Below are positions 56,498 through 64,000 of a DNA stretch of 64,000 nucleotides, piece by piece (position 1 is the first letter of the stretch; every line of letters begins with the position of its first letter). The position numbers and the translations under genes are program-made. Source of the DNA: Octopus vulgaris (taxonomy: Eukaryota); the NCBI GenBank assembly GCA_951406725.2, contig OX597836.1:5332001-5396000 (forward strand). The letters are read 5' to 3'. A model generated the notes under the pieces. That model saw only the letters and a list, made by a program, of their open reading frames with translations, was not told where the DNA came from and did not search any database.

Positions 56498-57737
56498 CAT
56501 ATAAATATGCGCGCGCGCTCGTGTGTGTGTAATTAATGTAAACAGCAGTTTGCAAAAACAAGAATGATATTTGTCCCTAAATGTGACTAGGGTTTTAGAA
56601 AACACATATTGCTAGAAATAAGAGCTAAACCGCTTTAATCTTGTAGATGATGCTGCTTCTCCACTCATTCCTCTTACATCGTCATCATCATCTCTTTATC
56701 ATAATTTCATCATCATTATCCTCATCTTTTTCTTTTTCTTCTACTACTCCCCGTTCTTCTCCTCCACACCTCCTCCTTCTTCTCTCCACCTCTTCCTCCT
56801 CCTTCTTATTCTGGTTCTTTCTCTCCTCCTCTATCTTCTCGTCGTTGCAATTTCTGGGTCACAGCTGCAATATAAATGCTCAGCTTTCTCTTCATACGCC
56901 CGGCTGAATCGGCCTAAGAAATTTCGTTTCAGGAATATCACTGCCCATGGAATAAACCTCTATTTAACCTTTCATTCATTCCATAGCAAAACTAAATAAC
57001 CATCGTCGAGACCGACAGAGAATTCACGGGTGTTTTGTTATTATCAAATTTCCTACACTTAATAGCTAAATTCTATATCTAATTTCCCATACCTTTATAA
57101 AATATGCAACTTCCATAACAACATAACATAAATTTCCCTTTGATGTGATGTGCTGTGATGTTTTAGATGTGCCGTGGTGTCGCGAGGCTTGACCTGTCCT
57201 GTCCTGTTCTGGTCTGTTCTATAACATTAAAAAAAAAAGATCATTCAAATATCTAAATCATGACTCCAAGATTTAATATGTATGTTAGATTCAACAGAAT
57301 CTTTTGATCAATCTAAGATTATTGGACATAATCAACCGGCAAAATAAATAAATAATAATTATTTAATTAAAAAGAAAAATCTTATAAATTAGAAAATTCT
57401 GTGTTGGAATACTTAAGTTAATGGCGCTGGTTGTGATTAGAAATTATTAAAAGTAAGCGAGAGGAAAAAATCTTTATAAGTTGCTCGATTGCTTTCAATT
57501 GGTGATTATATCGCTTTCAATTTAACCCCGCCCATACAAAGCTCTGAAAAAATATGTAATTAATTCAATAAAATTTAATTAAAACACTCATTGTAATTAA
57601 TTAATTAATTTCATTAAGGAAATATTTATTAATTGATTTATTGAAACGAATTCAACGAATACAGCCACAGCCTCATTATTCCCGCATGTACATGCACAAG
57701 CATGGCCACGCACACGGATACACAGTCACGCACACAG

Positions 57738-57798
<61 letters not shown>

Positions 57799-57914
57799 TG
57801 GACACACACACGCACACTCACACACACAGAGCTACTAACTACTTCAGGTTTCCAGTATTCACTACACACGGTGAAATGATAACTTATCTTCTTTCTAAGT
57901 ATATATATATGGAT

Positions 57915-57957
<43 letters not shown>

Positions 57958-57965
<8 letters not shown>

Positions 57966-57976
57966 CACACACACAT

Positions 57977-58009
<33 letters not shown>

Positions 58010-58014
58010 CATAA

Positions 58015-58052
<38 letters not shown>

Positions 58053-58181
58053 GTACATACTCGCGAATACACACGGTTCCCTATATACATACATATGTAT
58101 AAATATATATATATTTCTTTATTTCATTATTCTATAAAAGCACACACACACACATACACACACACATATATATATACATAA

Positions 58182-58214
<33 letters not shown>

Positions 58215-58266
58215 CACGTACATACCCGCGAATACACACGGTTCCCTATATACATACATATGTATA
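57958..58266. repeat. Tandem duplication (~175-bp period) of microsatellite-rich sequence
   Basis: TATAAAAGCACAC and CACGTACATAC.CGCGAATACACACGGTTCCCTATATAC occur twice. Confidence 0.88.
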
Positions 58267-59164
58267 TATATATGTGTGTGTGTGTATGTATGTATGTATG
58301 TATGTATGTATGTCTCTCTCCCTGTCTCTCTATATATATATGTGGGGGGGGGGGGTGTATAAATATGTATGCAACCCCCGACACATATATAACTCCTAAC
58401 TTGTGTTTCTTTGTTTCATCCTATTTCAACTGGACAAGGGAGACGCATTGTTGTCTGTCTCCTGTCCAAGCTTCTTCCTTCGCGTTCGCCACCACAATCT
58501 CGTTCCGACTTAGCAGCTCTTCCTGCTTGTTTTCGCTGTCCTGTGTTTGTCACCAATTATGACCCTCCGCAAAATCACAAAATTTTTCATGACTGGGCAA
58601 GTTAGGTTGCAGAAAACCCAAAGGCAGCAATTCTAATCTCTTCTACCTTTGCGGCCCGCGTAACCGTACAAGTTCCCCTTCCAGAAAACCGTGTAATAAT
58701 ACAAAGATATAGGCCAAAATTTTTTGCGTACCCAATCAAAATCAAAATCAAAATCCAAAATTTCAAGACCTAAACATCGAGCTGAAACTAAACGTTTGAA
58801 ATCACATTCGGTGTTGATCTGCGAAGCTGGAATATTTTATTGGCTTTTCATACCCAAATTGGTTTGCATATATATGTAACCGGATAGGAATTAATGGATA
58901 ACATAAACCAAAGCGGGAATTAAGTAATCGCTTTTATTTGATTAGAGCTGGTTATTACAGGCGATGTCGCAGGGACACTCAACTCCGAGTCCATTGACCT
59001 TTTCTCAAGGCTGAATAGGAAGAAACTGTAAACATACATACACCACTACTATATATGTATATATATATATGTTTGTGTGTGCTTCTGTGTGTGTGTGTGT
59101 GTGTGTGTACATATATATGCGTCAAAAATATATAAATAATTTTAGTATTGGTATTAAAATTAAG

Positions 59165-59612
59165 GCCATGAGATCGCAGAATGGTTAGCGCGCCTGGCGA
59201 AATACTTAGTGGCATTTCGTCTGGCCCCACGCTCTGAGTTCAAATTCCAACGAGGTCATCTTTGCCTTTCAACATTCGGTATCGATAAATTAAGTACCCG
59301 TTATGTACTAGGTTCGTGTAACCCACCGGACCCCTCTGCACACATTTCAGGACTTGTCCCTATAGTAAAACGGATTATCAATATTATCATTGCAAGGCGT
59401 CGAGCTGGCAGAATCGTTAGCACGCCAGGCGAAATGCTTAGCGGTATTTCGTCTGCGGCTACGTTCTGAGTTCAAATTCCGCCGAGGTCGACTTTGCCTT
59501 TCATCTATTAGGGGTCGATAAGTTAAGTACCAGTTGTGTACTGGGGTCGATCTAATCGACTGGCCCCTTCCTCCAAAATTTCAGGCCTTGCGTCTATAAT
59601 AGAAAGGATTAT
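59165..59612 (+). mobile_element. Two adjacent SINE family B copies (59165-59385 older, 59396-59612 younger; tail type 2)
   Basis: Each has GGCGAAAT.CTTAG.GG.ATTTCGTCTG, GAGTTCAAATTCC and TTTCAGG.CTTG..TATA.TA.AA.GGATTAT. Confidence 0.88.
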
Positions 59613-60315
59613 TGGTAAGTCGAGCTCAGAACTCAAAATACCTCAAATGTCACCATAAAACCTCTGGCCTAGCACCCTAGCAATTCAACAAAGCAAATCA
59701 CGCGGACTGCTATTTTATTTATCGGCCCAGTAGCAAACGAAGAATAAATTTTACCACAATAGGATTAGAACCCAGGTAGAAAATATTTGGACAAGGACAG
59801 AAAACCAGTCTAGCAATACGATGACCACATTAACAATTAGACAACCCTATCAACCACATAAGGATCTATTTCAATTATTTTTTGCAATTTAAAATGTGAA
59901 CGGTTTTATATTTCGTTGTTTTAAATTGTTAAATCAAAATTCATCGTTTTGAAACGTTATATAGGACGTGACGTTGCTGATAGAATAACCAATTTATATA
60001 AAAGCAGAAATTAGATTGTGTAACGTTAGACACATCTTGTATAATTTGGGATTGGAATTGTTGTTTAGGTAAAATTACTAAAATTTATTATTTCAAACGG
60101 TGCAGTACATAACGTTACTGTTTTCTGTATTATGTGCATATCTGCGTCATGTTATTTGCCTGCACATTTGCTATTATTTGCAATGTATCTCTGAATTAAA
60201 CGAGTTGCGAATTGTCTTCCGATGCAACGTTCCGGTTATCTCTATTTCGAGATCTATTTGCATCTGTTAGAAATTTATTATCGCACATTTGTTTGTCCAC
60301 TCTATTTAAACTATT

Positions 60316-60367
<52 letters not shown>

Positions 60368-60512
60368 GCTGCTGCTGCTACTACTACTACTACTACCACC
60401 ACCACTGCTGCTGCTGCTGTTATTCTTCTACTTCTACTTCTTCTTCCTCTCCTTCTTCTTCTTCTTCTTCTTCTAATCATTATTATTATTATTATTATTA
60501 TTGTTATTATTA

Positions 60513-60547
<35 letters not shown>

Positions 60548-60548
60548 G

Positions 60549-61141
60549 AGTGAGCGAGCAGAGCATGCCATCAAAGTGACACTGGGGTAAAATATACGAA
60601 GCCCAGTATACGTTGAATTACCCCCCTATTATATACGTGTATATTCGACATTGTTACAAATTACGACGATCCAAATCCATTTCAAGATAAACAGTTCTTT
60701 ATGACCTTGCAGGTGGAGCCCAGTTAGAATTTTCTTCAGTTCGAGTAACCCATCCTGCTCAAAAGGTCCCTGAATAAGGTCCTTTTATCTTGCTCTCCTT
60801 TATTAGGATTATATAAATCCTGTTGAAATTCCTTTTGCCTTGTAATACTTCGCATGTGGTCCAGAGGTGAATTATTCAAACCCCAAAGAATCCCTCTCAA
60901 CACATGGCTATGATGCTCCCCCACTACTTCTGCTCGTGATCAGAGATGCACATATCGTCAGCCAGTAAGGGACATGCTCAACTTGTTAAGGTCAAACAAC
61001 TGACAAGCAAATCTGTGGTATTGAGCAGAATATTTGCTGTAGCCCATCTTTTATACCAAGACAAAACAATGTACATGATAACACTTCCAATCAGTTAAGA
61101 TCAGAAGCCATGAGAGCCACTGCCTGGTACTGCATCAGGGC

Positions 61142-61143
<2 letters not shown>
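60549..61143. mobile_element. Probable interspersed repeat embedded in an (ATT)n array, with mosaic patches of flank
   Basis: Complex ~595-bp block bounded on both sides by (ATT)n; single copy in the window. Confidence 0.5.
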
Positions 61144-61205
<62 letters not shown>

Positions 61206-61227
61206 GTTGTTGTTGTTGTTATTATTA

Positions 61228-61286
<59 letters not shown>

Positions 61287-61308
61287 GTTGTTGTTGTTGT
61301 TATTATTA

Positions 61309-61360
<52 letters not shown>

Positions 61361-62224
61361 TACCATTATCATTATTATTATCATTATTATTATCATTATT
61401 ATTATTATTATCAATATTGTTACGTTGAATTACCCCCCTATTATATACGTGTATATTCGACATTGTTACAAATTACGACGATCCAAATCCATTTCAAAAG
61501 CTGTTCTTTATTATTCGGCGAACACCAAACTTACACAATATCATTCTCCGTACACACTCTTCACAACTGATACCCCCTGCCGGGTCCTTTTATCTTGCTC
61601 TCCTTTATTAAGATTATATAAATCCTGTTCAAATTCCTTTTGCGTTGTAATGCTTCGCATGTGGTCAGAGGTTCTCAGATTTTCATATATTTCCTAATCT
61701 CTTCTACTTTGTTCCATTTCATTCCAAACTTTCCTTCACCATAGCGAATAAATACATGAATATGTAAATAAATAGTGTGATATGGATCATTTTCAAATAG
61801 CCAGAATCTTACTTTTTACCATTTATCACAGACTTCACAACTAATTGTATGAAACCTTCTGAAAAATTCCTTTTTAAACGATTTTCACTCAGATTCTTTA
61901 ATCGTTTATACATCTTTAATACTGCTGCCCATTCTGCCGCTTGTATCCGCTCCGCTTAGAATTTCATTATCCGGTAATTCAATGCTCTTATTTCACAATA
62001 TCGTTCCGTCTTTGCATTATTAAATGCTAAGATCCTATTTTTAAATCCCCCGTACATACACACAAACATGCATGCATGAATGCATATATACATACACATA
62101 CGCAAACACACATACACGGAGGCATGTATATATGTATATTGATATATGTACCTATATATATATATATATACGTACATAGATACACATATTTATCATATCT
62201 ATATCTCTACCTCTGTATATGTAT

Positions 62225-62264
<40 letters not shown>

Positions 62265-62274
62265 ATCTATATAT

Positions 62275-62396
<122 letters not shown>

Positions 62397-62399
62397 ACG

Positions 62400-62439
<40 letters not shown>

Positions 62440-63171
62440 AAATGGTACAAGAACGCAAAACATCCAGATAGACGATATATATATATATATATGTATATAT
62501 ATGTGTGAGTGCGTGCCTGTGCATGTGTGTGTATACATATATACATATTACATATGTATATATTCCCATACATTTATATGCATGTCTTAATACGTATGCA
62601 TTAATAGTGCGCTTATGTATGATGAATGCAATCATGCGATTGCTTGAAAGAGATATACATTTCTCACTTAAAAATCTATTTGTCATCCTTTCTTTTGAAT
62701 AGTTTCATTTATATGGCCCTTATAGATAAATGATATATTTAATGCTGGTTTTCAGATAATAATATAACCATCTATCTCCAACCACTATTAGCCGTAATGT
62801 TAAATATATCACGCGCATAAGGAAACGAAAAGAGTTTAGGCATCAAACTGAAGCATTTCCATATTGATTTGCACGTCTCTTCTATTTCGGGTTTTAACGT
62901 TTTATCAACACATTGCACCTCATATGTAACTCGTGTGAAACCTTTGGAAACTCCACATCTTGAAGTGATTTTATGTTATTGTTTGAATATTAAGTGTATG
63001 GATCTCAAAACCGTTACTTCAGACTGTTAAAGTTTCGATTATGGCGCTCAATTTTACCCGATAATTAAGGAAATGTCCTTAAACTTGAGAGTGGGACTTG
63101 ATTCCCGATGTTAAATACATGCCGTATACAAACACACTCTTACACACACATATGTATAAATAAATAAATAA

Positions 63172-63256
<85 letters not shown>

Positions 63257-63261
63257 CATAT

Positions 63262-63296
<35 letters not shown>

Positions 63297-63311
63297 TATA
63301 TATAGATATAT

Positions 63312-63356
<45 letters not shown>

Positions 63357-64000
63357 CATATATAGATAGATAGATATTCGGGAGTTTGTAAGGTAAAACA
63401 AGGAACTTGATTAATGACGTTGCAGAACTTGCGCAAGTCCATGACTTCCTGAAATAATTACGCTTGTTGCATGTGAATCCCTTCAGCTTACCTCATTAAG
63501 TCTTGGATTTCGTTAAATAATTACGCTTATTTAAAGCCAAGTATTCTAGCTTGTATCAGTATGATTTCCCTTTAATTAAATGATTTAAGAATTTTTCATG
63601 CCAATATTTCTACCTTTTTCCTGTATGTCATTAAATTCCTTACATAATTAAGCATGTTTCAAGTCAACCAATCGAGCTTGAAACAACATATATTCGGTTC
63701 CCTGCTATAATTATAACTTGTTTAAAATCAAACTGTACACCTTTTCTCCATATATAATTTTACTTTCCTTCTATAATTCATCCCGTTTTACGCCAAGCAC
63801 TTCATGAGGTTTTACTGTCTTGGGTTTCGTGAAGTAATTAAGCTTCGTTAAGGAAAAGCTCTCCCTCTAACTTGGATGTATTTCTCATTTCGATATACAT
63901 GTTATCTTGGTTAAGAGAAGGCACTCCATCTTGTCAGTATATCTTTGATCTCGTTACTTAATCAAAACTTTCGCATGTTCAATACATCCAAGCTTTTGAT

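Noticed and set aside
63380-64000. Possible decayed LINE coding sequence (also 10500-10900, 28640-28860, 55300-55860, 61700-62030)
   Set aside because: Complex sequence, but no motif I could recognise with confidence; needs a translated search.

Overview
AT-rich, repeat-saturated eukaryotic non-coding DNA. The SINE families and microsatellite load resemble an octopus/cephalopod genome (inference from recognition, not from a search). No intact host gene was found, and nearly all ORF-track entries are translations of microsatellites. The window holds four tRNA-derived SINE families (about 25 copies), 3' ends of RTE, CR1/L2-group and R4/Dong LINEs, a decayed Penelope-like RT, several mariner/Tc1/pogo relics and MITEs, and a non-autonomous Helitron. 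The main signal is an unusual density of hammerhead ribozyme (HHR) motifs, found by manual folding. Type I HHRs lie at 13730-13806(-), 34283-34327(+), 39662-39696(+) and 42829-42914(+), with decayed ones at 41011-41058 and about 47720-47780. A repeat at 39299-39370(-) and 22238-22332(-) carries all HHR core blocks in a non-circularly permuted order (NUH, then GAAA, then CUGAGGA), and its stem sequences differ between copies while largely staying complementary. All structures were folded by eye and need computational and biochemical confirmation.
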